A DNA stretch of 64,000 nucleotides, taken from contig CAVXTH010000006.1 in NCBI GenBank assembly GCA_963764625.1, forward strand, positions 576,001-640,000, written 5' to 3'. The stretch comes from Candidatus Krumholzibacteriota bacterium (GTDB lineage Bacteria > Krumholzibacteriota > Krumholzibacteriia > JAJRXK01). The notes beneath the pieces are model-generated. The model was not told the DNA's origin. It made no database searches and was given only the letters and a program-made list of their open reading frames with translations. Numbering within the stretch: the stretch's first letter is position 1; the number at the start of each line of letters is the position of its first letter. Below are positions 19,058 to 29,047 of this stretch, one piece after another. The position numbers and the translations under genes are program-made.

Positions 19058-21531
19058 ACGACCGCTTCACCGAGAGAGTCCGCAAAGTCCTCTTTCTCGC
19101 CAGAGACGAGGCCGGACGGATGCAGCACGACTACATCGGCACCGAGCACCTCCTCTTGGGAATCATCCGAGAAGGGGAGGGTATCGCGGCCCAGGCTCTC
19201 CAACGGCTCAACATCGGCTTCGATCAGATCCAACAGGCAGTCGAGGACATCGTGACGGCGCAGAGTGGTACGCTCACGATCGGCGAGATCCCCTTCACCC
19301 CGCGAGCCAAGCGGGTTCTCGAACTCTCCATCGACGAAGCGCGCATGCACAATCACAACTACGTGGGCACCGAGCACTTGCTGTTGGCTCTCATCCGGGA
19401 AGGCGAAGGCGTGGCGGCGCGCGTGTTGAACGAACTCGGAGCTGACCACGACAAGGTCAAGAAGGAAGTGATGAAGCTTCTGGGTGGAACGGCAAAGGGC
19501 GGGACGGCCGCTGCGGGTACGCAGAAAAAGGAAACGCCGGTCCTGGATCAATTCGGCCGCAACCTGAGCCAGCACGCCCGCGAGGGGAAGCTCGATCCCA
19601 CCATTGGCAGGGACAAGGAGATCGAGCGCGTCATTCAGATTCTCTCGCGCCGGAAGAAGAACAACCCGGTTCTGATCGGCGAACCCGGAGTGGGCAAGAC
19701 GGCGATCGCCGAAGGGCTGGCCCAGACCATCGTCGATGGACGAGCCCCCGAGCTCCTGAAAGACAAGGAGATCATCACGCTGGATCTGGCCAGCGTGGTT
19801 GCCGGCACCAAGTATCGCGGGCAATTCGAAGAACGGCTCAAGGCGATCATGAACGAGATTCACGAGAGCGACCACGTCATTCTCTTCATCGACGAGCTGC
19901 ACACCATCGTCGGTGCCGGTGGGGCGGAGGGCGCCATCGACGCTTCGAACATGTTCAAGCCATCCTTGGCTCGCGGTGAGATCCAGTGCATCGGCGCCAC
20001 CACTCTGGACGAATACCGAAAGTTCATCGAGAAGGACGGCGCTCTGGAGCGGCGATTCCAGTCGATCATGGTGAATCCTCCCAGCGAGGATGAGACCGTC
20101 GCGATCATTTTCGGATTACGGGACAAGTACGAGCAGCACCATCAGGTCCACTTCACCGACGAGGCGATCCGCACCGCGGTGTACCTGAGTGTGCGCTACA
20201 TCGCGAATCGGAGTCTGCCCGATAAGGCCATCGACGTGATCGACGAGGCCGGCAGCCGCGCCCGACTGGCCGCCTCCGCCGTGCCGGGTGATCTGCGCGA
20301 GCTGGAGAAGCGCATCGAGGAGCTCTCGGAAAAGAAGGAAGCCGCCATTCTGGGGCAGGAGTTCGAAAAGGCCGCCGGCTTCCGCGACGAGGAGAAGGAG
20401 CTCAGGATCCAGCTCGGCAAGCAGAGAAAGACCTGGTCGGAGCAGCGCAACGAGGTCAGGACCGAGGTGAGCGCGAAAGACATCAGCCGGGTCATCGCCG
20501 ACATGACGGGCATTCCGGTGACCGAGGTCGAGGAGGAGGAGACCGAGAAGCTGCTCCGCATGGAAGACAGCCTCAGGGAGACGATCATCGGCCAGGAGGA
20601 AGCGATCTCGGCAGTCAGCAAGGCGATCCGCCGCAACCGCGCCGGTCTGCGCGATCCGCGACGGCCGATCGGTTCCTTCGTCTTCTTGGGACCCACCGGG
20701 GTGGGAAAGACGGAAGTGGCCCGCCAGCTCACCAAGTTCCTCTTCGACGATTTGAAGAACATGATCCGGATCGACATGTCGGAGTACATGGAACGGTTCT
20801 CGATCTCCCGACTCGTGGGTGCCCCTCCGGGCTACGTGGGATATGACGAGGGGGGAATCCTCACCGAGAAGGTGCGGCGGCAGCCCTACTCCGTCGTCCT
20901 TCTGGACGAGATCGAGAAAGCTCACCCCGACGTATTCAACTTGCTCTTGCAAGTGCTCGAGGACGGTATCCTCACCGATTCCTTCGGCCGCAACGTCGAC
21001 TTTAAGAACACGGTTCTCATCATGACGAGCAACGTGGGAAGTCGGCGAGAGGCTCTGCGCAAGAGCGTGGGTTTCGGAGCTCCGGGCAAGGGCGGAGACG
21101 AGAAGGCCATGCGGGCCAACGTCACCGAGGATCTGAGGAAGACCTTCAGCCCCGAATTCCTGAATCGCATCGACGAGGCCATCATCTTCCACCCGCTGGA
21201 CCGCACTCACATGACCAGCATCCTGGAAATCCTGCTGCGCGAGATGGAGACCCGGATGGAGAGCCTGGACATCAGCCTGAACTACTCCCAGGAGGCCAAG
21301 GAGTTCTTGGTCTCCATCGGATTCGACCCCGAACTCGGCGCTCGGCCTCTGCGGCGCGCACTGCAGAGGTACGTCGAGGATCCCCTGAGCGAGCAACTTT
21401 TACGCGGCAACATTCGCAGCGGCAACAAGGTCGACGTCCGAGTGGTCGATGGAAATCTGCGCTTCGAAGTCGTGACGGACGACCCGAAAGGGAAACCCTC
21501 GGAGGCAGAGCCAGCCGGCAATGCCTCCTGA
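19054..21531 (+). CDS. clpC: ATP-dependent Clp protease ATP-binding subunit ClpC
   Basis: Two Clp-N repeats (GTEHLLL), NBD1 [11 protein letters not shown]-type M domain, NBD2 [11 protein letters not shown] ClpP-binding loop. Confidence 0.95.
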   Translation: MNDRFTERVRKVLFLARDEAGRMQHDYIGTEHLLLGIIREGEGIAAQALQRLNIGFDQIQQAVEDIVTAQSGTLTIGEIPFTPRAKRVLELSIDEARMHNHNYVGTEHLLLALIREGEGVAARVLNELGADHDKVKKEVMKLLGGTAKGGTAAAGTQKKETPVLDQFGRNLSQHAREGKLDPTIGRDKEIERVIQILSRRKKNNPVLIGEPGVGKTAIAEGLAQTIVDGRAPELLKDKEIITLDLASVVAGTKYRGQFEERLKAIMNEIHESDHVILFIDELHTIVGAGGAEGAIDASNMFKPSLARGEIQCIGATTLDEYRKFIEKDGALERRFQSIMVNPPSEDETVAIIFGLRDKYEQHHQVHFTDEAIRTAVYLSVRYIANRSLPDKAIDVIDEAGSRARLAASAVPGDLRELEKRIEELSEKKEAAILGQEFEKAAGFRDEEKELRIQLGKQRKTWSEQRNEVRTEVSAKDISRVIADMTGIPVTEVEEEETEKLLRMEDSLRETIIGQEEAISAVSKAIRRNRAGLRDPRRPIGSFVFLGPTGVGKTEVARQLTKFLFDDLKNMIRIDMSEYMERFSISRLVGAPPGYVGYDEGGILTEKVRRQPYSVVLLDEIEKAHPDVFNLLLQVLEDGILTDSFGRNVDFKNTVLIMTSNVGSRREALRKSVGFGAPGKGGDEKAMRANVTEDLRKTFSPEFLNRIDEAIIFHPLDRTHMTSILEILLREMETRMESLDISLNYSQEAKEFLVSIGFDPELGARPLRRALQRYVEDPLSEQLLRGNIRSGNKVDVRVVDGNLRFEVVTDDPKGKPSEAEPAGNAS

Positions 21532-21544
21532 GCCGGGGCGAGAG

Positions 21545-21575
21545 AAGGGGCGGGTTCCAGAGGATCCGCCCCTTT
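21545..21575 (+). terminator. Hairpin/terminator after clpC; copy of the 22-bp palindromic repeat
   Basis: AAGGGGCGGGTTCC-AGA-GGATCCGCCCCTT followed by T; core GGCGGGTTCCAGAGGATCCGCC at 21549-21570. Confidence 0.65.
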
Positions 21576-21726
21576 GGGTTCCCGTAGGTTGACCGCGGAG
21601 AGCCCTGCGTTTACCTTCCCCTCTCGTTTGAGGGCGGCCGAGGTGGGAACCCTTCCTTCCGCCTGACGTACACCATTCTAGGCGAACCGCGCGTTTAGTC
21701 TTGAACCCTACTTCTCCAAGAAGCGT

Positions 21727-24039
21727 ATGATCGAAACCCCGGTTTTGCGTGCTCGGGCCTGGGTCCTTCCCTTGGCAGTTGCGGCAATCATGGCGTTGTC
21801 GGCCTCTCCGGCCGTGGCGACCAAGCTCGTGCGCGTCCGAGTGGTGGGAATTTCCACCGTCACCGCGGATCAGGTCATCGCCTGGAGCGGACTCGAGGTG
21901 GGCAAGGATATCTCCAAGGAGGGTGTCTCCGCCGCGGTGAGGAAGCTGGCGGCGCTGGGGAAGTTCAGCGAGGTCTTCGCCTACAAGACGGACGTCAAGA
22001 CCGGGATGGAACTCATCCTGAATCTGTCCGAGTACCCCCGCCTGGCCGGAATCGAATTTGCGGGAGCCAAGGAGCTCAAGCCCAAGGACCTCAAGGAGGA
22101 GGTCGAGCTGCGGGTGGGAGACTTCCTCACCCCCGGGGCGGTGACTCGCGCGAAACTGAAGATCAAAGAGAAGTATCAGTCCGAAGGCTATTACAGCGCC
22201 ACCGTCAACACCGATTCGACGGCCTACTCCGCCGGAGGTCGCCAGACCCTCGTGTTCAAGATCATCGAGGGCCAGAAGGTGAAGGTCCACTCGATCAACA
22301 TCGAGGGCAACCTCCAGGTCAACTCCGATGACTTGCGCAAGGGTTGGAAGACGAAAACGGACAACTGGATTCGTGGCGGGACCTTCAAGCGTCCCGAGTA
22401 CGAGGAAGATCTACAGAAGCTGGTAGACAACTACCGCGACAAGGGCTTCCTCGACGCCCAGGTCCTGAATGAGCGCAAAGAATTCCTCGAGGACGGAAAG
22501 AAACTCGACATCTACATCAATGTGAGCGAGGGCCCCCGTTACGATGTGGGGAATCTCACCTGGGAGGGGAACACCGTCTTTCCCGACGACCGCATCGCCC
22601 AGGAGTTGAAGCTACACAAGGGCGCCGTCTTCAGTGAGTCCGTATTTCAAGAAACGGTGCAGGATCTCAACAGTCTCTACTGGGAAGCCGGGTACATCTA
22701 CATCACGGTGGAGCCGACACGCGATATCGAGGGTCACACGGTCAACGTACACCTCAAATTCCGCGAGGGCCGGCCAGCGAGCGTTCACGACATCATCATC
22801 ACGGGAAATACCAAGACGCACGAGATGGTGGTCCGCCGCGAACTGAGGATTCGCCCCGGCGATCTCTTCGTGAGCAGTCGGCTCCAGGACAGCCAGCGGC
22901 GCGTGTTTCAGTTGGGCTTCTTCGAGGACGTGCAGGTCGATTTCAAGCCGGCGACTCCCGAGGGGGACATCGATCTCATCCTCAACGTGAAGGAAAAGCA
23001 GACCGGACAGTTCAGCATGGGCATGGGCTTCTCGCAGCAGAGCCGCGCCACCGGCTTCCTGCAGGTCGGGGAAACCAACCTGATGGGGCGTGGGAACGCC
23101 CTGCAGTTCTCCTGGCAGTTCGGATCGCGGGCAAGCTATCTCAATCTGAGCTATACCATGCCCTGGTTCCGGGGCACTCCGACTCTCCTGGGGATCGATG
23201 CCTACAATCGCTTCAGCAACCAGGTGAACGACTACTACGATACCCGGGTGAAAGGCGGCGCCATCCGCCTGGGTAGGCCGATTCCCGGCACGCGCTTCAG
23301 CCGAGCCAGCCTTCGCTACAGCTATTCCTGGACCACTCTGAGCAACTTCGATCCCGCCTACGTGAGGACCCTGGATCAACTGGAGAGGCAGCAGGGGCAG
23401 ACGGACCTCCAGCGCCTGGACAAGACCGATTGGCCCGAGAGGCGGAGCACGGTGACCCTCTCGCTCTCGCGGAACAGCACCGACAGCCCGTTCTTTCCCA
23501 CCAACGGGAGCAGCGCGGTCTTCCGTTACGAGCTGAACGGCGGTCCTCTGGGGGGCGATCTGGATTTCCACCGTATCGAGGCCAATTACGACTTCTACCA
23601 GGCGCTGCCCTGGAAATTCGTGTTCCACGTGGGTAACGTCGCCGGATGGCTGAGGGCGTTCGGGAAAACCTCCCAGGTTCCCGACTACGAGAAGTTTCGA
23701 CTGGGAGGCAACCGCCTCTACGCGCTCCGTGGATACCGGGATCTGGAGGTCGTGCCGCGCGGCAATCTCAGTTTCGTCGGTGGGGAATTCTTCACCACTC
23801 TCACCACCGAGGTGCTCTACCCGGTCACGAAGGCGGTCCAGCTGGTGGGCTTCGTAGATCAGGGGGACACCTGGAATTCCTTCTCGGAGGCCGATCTCAC
23901 CAATTTGCGCAAAGGCGCCGGATTCGGAGTGCGCCTGGAGGTTCCGCTGGTGGGGAGGGTCGGTCTTGATTACGGTTACGGCTTCAACAAGGCGAATCCA
24001 TCGTGGGAAACGCACTTCAACTTCGGAGCTTTCTTTTAG
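21727..24039 (+). CDS. bamA: Outer membrane protein assembly factor BamA
   Basis: Signal peptide, POTRA repeats (ITGNTKTHEMVVRREL, LGFFEDV), LRGY barrel motif, C-terminal FNFGAFF. Confidence 0.95.
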   Translation: MIETPVLRARAWVLPLAVAAIMALSASPAVATKLVRVRVVGISTVTADQVIAWSGLEVGKDISKEGVSAAVRKLAALGKFSEVFAYKTDVKTGMELILNLSEYPRLAGIEFAGAKELKPKDLKEEVELRVGDFLTPGAVTRAKLKIKEKYQSEGYYSATVNTDSTAYSAGGRQTLVFKIIEGQKVKVHSINIEGNLQVNSDDLRKGWKTKTDNWIRGGTFKRPEYEEDLQKLVDNYRDKGFLDAQVLNERKEFLEDGKKLDIYINVSEGPRYDVGNLTWEGNTVFPDDRIAQELKLHKGAVFSESVFQETVQDLNSLYWEAGYIYITVEPTRDIEGHTVNVHLKFREGRPASVHDIIITGNTKTHEMVVRRELRIRPGDLFVSSRLQDSQRRVFQLGFFEDVQVDFKPATPEGDIDLILNVKEKQTGQFSMGMGFSQQSRATGFLQVGETNLMGRGNALQFSWQFGSRASYLNLSYTMPWFRGTPTLLGIDAYNRFSNQVNDYYDTRVKGGAIRLGRPIPGTRFSRASLRYSYSWTTLSNFDPAYVRTLDQLERQQGQTDLQRLDKTDWPERRSTVTLSLSRNSTDSPFFPTNGSSAVFRYELNGGPLGGDLDFHRIEANYDFYQALPWKFVFHVGNVAGWLRAFGKTSQVPDYEKFRLGGNRLYALRGYRDLEVVPRGNLSFVGGEFFTTLTTEVLYPVTKAVQLVGFVDQGDTWNSFSEADLTNLRKGAGFGVRLEVPLVGRVGLDYGYGFNKANPSWETHFNFGAFF

Positions 24040-24065
24040 CTTCTGCAGACGAGGAGAGTCGAGGC

Positions 24066-24617
24066 ATGAGACTCACGTATCGAATCAGCACTTTCTTGCT
24101 GCTCACGGCCCTTTCGGTTCTCGCGTTCTCGGGTCCCGCTCGAGCCGCTGAGAAGAACCTGAAGATCGGCACCATCGACAGTCAGCGAATCTTCAGGGAA
24201 TACCAAGAGGCCAAGGACGCGGAGGCGGTGTTTCAGGACGAAATGAAACAGTGGCAGTCCGACCTCGAGGGCATGGAACGCGAGATCCTCTCTCTCCGCG
24301 AGAAGATCCGCTCGCAGCAGTTGCTCCTGTCCCAGGACAAACTGGATGAGCTTCAGAGCCAGCTGGAGCAGAAGAGCCAGGCCTATGATCAGAAGCGGAG
24401 CGAGATTCTCGATCCCACCAACGGTCTGGCGGTGAAGCGAAACCAGGAGCTCAGCCAGCCCATCAACGACCAGATCACCACGGTGGTGGAGCGCCTGGGC
24501 GCCGAGGGCGGCTACGATCTCATTCTGGATACGTCGACCGTCAATATCGTCTATCAAAACAAGGACTTGGATCTAACGGACAAGGTATTACAGGAACTGG
24601 AACAGTCGGGAAAGTAG
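24066..24617 (+). CDS. skp: OmpH/Skp periplasmic chaperone
   Basis: Signal peptide, KIGTIDSQRIF, coiled coil, GYDLILD...DLTDKVL; follows bamA. Confidence 0.9.
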   Translation: MRLTYRISTFLLLTALSVLAFSGPARAAEKNLKIGTIDSQRIFREYQEAKDAEAVFQDEMKQWQSDLEGMEREILSLREKIRSQQLLLSQDKLDELQSQLEQKSQAYDQKRSEILDPTNGLAVKRNQELSQPINDQITTVVERLGAEGGYDLILDTSTVNIVYQNKDLDLTDKVLQELEQSGK

Positions 24618-24634
24618 CCCCCGGGCATTGGGAT

Positions 24635-24663
24635 TTGACAATGTGGAGGCGAGCTGCCAGCAT
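24635..24663 (+). promoter_or_regulatory. Candidate sigma70 promoter for the lpxD operon
   Basis: TTGACA-N17-CAGCAT with an extended -10 TG at 24655-24656. Confidence 0.5.
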
Positions 24664-24750
24664 GAATCGGCGTCATACGCGAAAAGGGGCCGCCGCGGCC
24701 CCTTCGACGTATGGTAGGGAGACGCCCATCCCCGTGAGGAGGCCGTAGAG

Positions 24751-25806
24751 TTGGATTCGATCGGGCTACGAGAGTTGGCGGAGCGCATCGGCGGACGTCT
24801 GGAAGGCGGCGGTAACCCGCTCATCCGGGGGGTTGCCGGAATCCGCGAGGCGCAGGCGGGGGAAATCACCTTTCTCGCGCACGCTCGCTATCTCAACTAT
24901 CTGGAAGACACGCGAGCTTCGGCCCTGATTTGCAAACCCGACCTCAAGAGTACGCTGCCGACCATCCGCATGGACGATCCTCACCTGGGCTTTCTGAGAG
25001 CGATCGAGTTGTTCTGCGAGCCCAAACAGGACTACTTCGCCGAGGGTGTCGATCCCAGCGCACAGGTGCATCCGAGCGCGCGTTTGGGCGAGGGGGTGCG
25101 GGTCGGCCCCGGTGCGATCATCGGAGAGAATTGCGAGATCGGCGAGCACTCCATCGTCGGCCCCGGCGCAGTCGTGATGCCCAAAGTGAAGATCGGCGAG
25201 CGTTGCCTCCTCTACCCTAACGTGGTAGTCCGCGAAGAGTGTCAAATCGGAGACCGGGTCATTCTTCACGCGGGCGCGATCATCGGAAGCGACGGCTTCG
25301 GCTTTGCCAAGCAGGCCGGCGCCTATCACAAGGTTCCCCAAATCGGCCGCGTCATCATCGAAGACGACGTCGAGATCGGAGCCAATAGCTGCGTCGATCG
25401 CGCGACCGTGGGACGCACCGTCATCGGCACCGGCACCAAGATCGACAATCTGGTGCAGATCGCGCACAACGTGACGATCGGCCAGCACACCGTGATCTCC
25501 GCCCAGACGGGAATCTCGGGATCCACGAACGTCGGCGACGACGTCATGATGGCGGGACAGGTGGGAGTGGTGGGGCATATCAGCATCGGGAACGACGCGA
25601 GGATCGGAGCCCAGAGCGGGATCTCCAAGGACATCCCCGCGGGAGAGCAGTGGTTTGGCTATCCCGCGCGCAATTCCCGCGAAGCCCGAAGACTCCTGGT
25701 TCACTACAATCGCCTGGAGCGTTACGCGGAAGAGATCAGCGATTTGAGGCGGCGTATCCAAGAGCTGGAGAAGTCTAAGAGTGCTGCGTCAACAACGAAC
25801 TCTTAA
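24751..25806 (+). CDS. lpxD: UDP-3-O-acylglucosamine N-acyltransferase
   Basis: Hexapeptide repeats, IGSDGFGF, VEIGANSCVDR, TKIDNLVQIAHNV; TTG start after a GAGGAGG RBS. Confidence 0.95.
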   Translation: MDSIGLRELAERIGGRLEGGGNPLIRGVAGIREAQAGEITFLAHARYLNYLEDTRASALICKPDLKSTLPTIRMDDPHLGFLRAIELFCEPKQDYFAEGVDPSAQVHPSARLGEGVRVGPGAIIGENCEIGEHSIVGPGAVVMPKVKIGERCLLYPNVVVREECQIGDRVILHAGAIIGSDGFGFAKQAGAYHKVPQIGRVIIEDDVEIGANSCVDRATVGRTVIGTGTKIDNLVQIAHNVTIGQHTVISAQTGISGSTNVGDDVMMAGQVGVVGHISIGNDARIGAQSGISKDIPAGEQWFGYPARNSREARRLLVHYNRLERYAEEISDLRRRIQELEKSKSAASTTNS

Positions 25807-27094
25807 AGCTCCCGTAGAATTCAAGGGAATCGGGCTCCATACCGGAGAGCGAGCCAGCGTCCGATTCCTTCCCGCCGAGCCCAACCAAGGCCTGCAATTC
25901 AAAGTGCGGAGGGGCGAGGAGTGGGTGGTGATCCCCGCCAGCGTCGATTCCATTCCCGACGATCAGCCTTTCCAGCGCAACACCACCCTCCGCAGTGGGG
26001 GAGTGGAGATCCACACCGTCGAACACGTTCTGGCCTCGCTCTACGGCCTTCGCATCGATAACGCGTGGATCGAACTGGACGCCACCGAGCCGCCCGAACC
26101 CGAGGAGGGATCCTGCCGCGCGTTCGTGGACAAGCTTCTCGCCGCCGGCATCGTGGATCAGGGCGTGCCAGTGGTCTATTACGAAGTCAAGCGCCCGGTG
26201 CAATGGAGTCAGGGTCAGATCGGAATCACCGCCATTCCCTACGATGGCTTCCGTCTCAGTTTCACCATTCAGTACGACAATCAGGTCATCGGTACCCAGT
26301 ACGGGAGCTATGCCATCACTCCCGACTCCTTCGCCAAGGAGATCGCGCCCAGTCGCACCTTTGCGCTCAAGCGGGAGATCGACCACCTGCAGGCCATGGG
26401 ACTCATCAAGGGGGGCACCTACCGGAACGCCCTGGTGGTCGACGAAGACCGGGTGCTGAACGAGGAAGGCCTCCGATTTCCCGACGAATTCGTCCGGCAC
26501 AAGATCCTGGATCTGCTGGGAGACCTGGCTCTTTTGGGGATGCCCATCAAGGGTCACGTGATCAGCCTCAAGAGCGGCCACGAGACGAATGTCAGATTCG
26601 TAAGGCGTCTGGCGGCGATGGAAAAGCGCCGGATGGGCATCTATCCGGCCAAGAAGCCGACCTACTGGGACATCAGTGCCCTCATGGAGTTCTTGCCCCA
26701 TCGCTATCCATTCTTGCTCATCGATCGCGTGCTGGAAGTGGAGCCGGGCAAACGCGCCAGGGGCCTGAAGAACGTTACCATCAACGAGCCGTTCTTCCGC
26801 GGTCATTTTCCCGGACACCCCATCATGCCCGGCGTGTTGATCGTGGAGTCGATGGCGCAGTTGGGAGGTGTCCTGCTGCTCAGCATGATCGAGCAGCCAG
26901 AGACCAAACTCGTGTATTTCTCCTCGATCGACAAAGCTCGATTCCGCAAGCCAGTCTTGCCCGGCGATCAGCTGGTCATCGATCTCAAGCTCGTTCGCTT
27001 CCGACGCAATACCTGTAAGATGGAGGCATTTGCTACCGTGGATGGCGAACGGGTGGCTGAGGCGGAGATGTTGGCGGCGATCGTGAACCGCTAG
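25781..27094 (+). CDS. lpxC-fabZ: Bifunctional LpxC deacetylase / FabZ dehydratase
   Basis: GIGLHTG, TVEHVLASL, EIAPSRTF, RHKILDLLGDL (LpxC), then LPHRYPFLLIDR, FFRGHFPGHPIMPGVLIVE (FabZ) in one frame. Confidence 0.95.
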   Translation: MLRQQRTLKAPVEFKGIGLHTGERASVRFLPAEPNQGLQFKVRRGEEWVVIPASVDSIPDDQPFQRNTTLRSGGVEIHTVEHVLASLYGLRIDNAWIELDATEPPEPEEGSCRAFVDKLLAAGIVDQGVPVVYYEVKRPVQWSQGQIGITAIPYDGFRLSFTIQYDNQVIGTQYGSYAITPDSFAKEIAPSRTFALKREIDHLQAMGLIKGGTYRNALVVDEDRVLNEEGLRFPDEFVRHKILDLLGDLALLGMPIKGHVISLKSGHETNVRFVRRLAAMEKRRMGIYPAKKPTYWDISALMEFLPHRYPFLLIDRVLEVEPGKRARGLKNVTINEPFFRGHFPGHPIMPGVLIVESMAQLGGVLLLSMIEQPETKLVYFSSIDKARFRKPVLPGDQLVIDLKLVRFRRNTCKMEAFATVDGERVAEAEMLAAIVNR

Positions 27095-27104
27095 AGGATC
27101 AGTC

Positions 27105-27902
27105 ATGCGCACCGACAAGATGAGCGAATCCGGAGCCCTTCTCCATCCCACGGCGATCATCGATCGCAGAGCGGAACTCGCATCCGACGTACGGGTCGGG
27201 CCGTACACGATCATCGGCCCCCATGTTCGGATCGACGAAGGCACAGAAATCAAGGGACACGTCGTTCTCGAGGGCAACCTCCACGTCGGGAAGCGCAATC
27301 GAATCTTCACCGGGGCCGTACTCGGGACACCTCCCCAAGATCTGAAATACCGCGGCGAGGTCTGTTCCGCGATCATCGGTAACGACACGACCATTCGCGA
27401 ATACGTCAGTTTGAACGTGGCCACGACCCCCGACGGAATGACCAGGGTCGGTGACCACTGCCTCCTCATGACCTACGCCCACATCGCGCACAATTGCACC
27501 ATTGGAAACCACGTCATCATTGCCAACGCGACACAGCTCGGGGGCCACGTGCACATCGCCGACTGGGCCATCGTGGGGGGAGTCGTCGGGGTGCATCAGT
27601 TCTCGGTCGTGGGAGCCCATGCCTTCGTGGGGGGGGCGAGTCGCCTGGTGGTGGACGTCCCGCCTTTCGTTCGGGCGGCCGGGAGCCCCGTTAGGGCCGG
27701 CGGAATCAACTCGATGGGTCTTCGCCGGCGCGACTTCAGTGAAGAGCGTATTGCCGTGATCAAGGAACTCTACCGTACCCTGTACCGTCGTGGTCTTCCG
27801 ATCGAAGAAGCGAAGAAGAGAATTCGAGAGTGCGGAGACGAGTTCGTCGCCCAGGCATTCGAAGATTTCTTCTCCCGCAGTCACCGCGGTATCTGCCGCT
27901 GA
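27105..27902 (+). CDS. lpxA: UDP-N-acetylglucosamine acyltransferase
   Basis: HPTAII, PQDLKY, IREYV, HIAHNC, VHQF, DVPPF, INSMGLRRR. Confidence 0.95.
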   Translation: MRTDKMSESGALLHPTAIIDRRAELASDVRVGPYTIIGPHVRIDEGTEIKGHVVLEGNLHVGKRNRIFTGAVLGTPPQDLKYRGEVCSAIIGNDTTIREYVSLNVATTPDGMTRVGDHCLLMTYAHIAHNCTIGNHVIIANATQLGGHVHIADWAIVGGVVGVHQFSVVGAHAFVGGASRLVVDVPPFVRAAGSPVRAGGINSMGLRRRDFSEERIAVIKELYRTLYRRGLPIEEAKKRIRECGDEFVAQAFEDFFSRSHRGICR

Positions 27903-27913
27903 GTGATCCCACC

Positions 27914-29047
27914 ATGCGCGCAGGCGTAGGCACCTTACTCATTTCGTGCGGCGAACCCAGCGGTGAAAACTACGCCGTCGAACTCTCGCGCCAACTCGAG
28001 GCGGAGCGCCCCAATCTTCGCCTCGTCGGAATTGGCGGTCCGCGTCTCGCCCACGAAATCGAGGAAATCTGGGCGGGGCTCGAGGAACTCTCCGTCATGG
28101 GTTTCGCGGAAGTCCTGCGGCATCTCCCTCGCCTGCGGCGGCTCAGGGAACGCATCGCCGAGCGCGCGGCGCGCGAGAAGGTCGATCTGTTGGTCGCCGT
28201 CGATTACCCCGGATTTCATCTGAGTCTGGCCGGCGCGATGAAGAAGCGCGGCATCAAGACGCTGCACTACATTCCCCCCAAGACCTGGTCGTGGGGCGCC
28301 TGGCGGAATCGCGCGCTCCGCGCGAGCGTCCATCGCTGTGCCGTCATCTTCCCCTTCGAGGAGAAGTACTACCGCCAGCGGGGTATCGACGCGACTTTCG
28401 TCGGTCACCCTCTGCTCGACCAACACGCCGCCGCCTTGGCCGCCGAGTCTTCGGCCCGAGAGGGTCTGCTCTTGATCCCGGGCAGTCGGCCGCAGGAGAT
28501 CCGCCGGATCGGGCCCAGCCTGGCGCAGGTCGCGCGGCAGCTCCAAGATGAGGGATTGGTGGGATCGGTGCGCGTCAGCCGGGCATCCGCTCTGGATCGC
28601 GAGCTTTTTGGCGGGATGCTCGAGATCTGCCCTCACATGGAGATCGTGGAAGGGCCCCTGATGGATCATCTCAAATCCGCGGCGGCGGCGATCGTGTGCA
28701 GCGGCACCGCGAGCGTGGAGACGGCGCTCTCGCGGACCCCGCACGCCATCGTCTATCGCACCTCGCGTCTCACCTATGCGGTGGCGCGGCAGCTGGCCAC
28801 GGTTCAGGCCATCGGAATGTCGAACATCGTCCTGGGCCGCACCGCGTTTCCCGAATTCGTCCAGTCCGAGCTGCGTCCTCGGATCTTGGCCGAGACCATG
28901 CGTGAGCTCCTCGATGCGAATTCGCCGGCACGAGCGCGGCAGGAAAGCGCATTCAGCGAGCTCATCCAATGCCTGGGCAAGGGTGAAGGCGCGGCCATGA
29001 ATGTGGCGCGGATGGCCCTGGAGATCCTCGACGAGACGCACTCGTGA
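27914..29047 (+). CDS. lpxB: Lipid-A-disaccharide synthase
   Basis: GEPSGE, LSVMGFAEVL, VDYPGF, IFPFE, FVGHPL, PGSRPQE, SGTASVE. Confidence 0.93.
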   Translation: MRAGVGTLLISCGEPSGENYAVELSRQLEAERPNLRLVGIGGPRLAHEIEEIWAGLEELSVMGFAEVLRHLPRLRRLRERIAERAAREKVDLLVAVDYPGFHLSLAGAMKKRGIKTLHYIPPKTWSWGAWRNRALRASVHRCAVIFPFEEKYYRQRGIDATFVGHPLLDQHAAALAAESSAREGLLLIPGSRPQEIRRIGPSLAQVARQLQDEGLVGSVRVSRASALDRELFGGMLEICPHMEIVEGPLMDHLKSAAAAIVCSGTASVETALSRTPHAIVYRTSRLTYAVARQLATVQAIGMSNIVLGRTAFPEFVQSELRPRILAETMRELLDANSPARARQESAFSELIQCLGKGEGAAMNVARMALEILDETHS

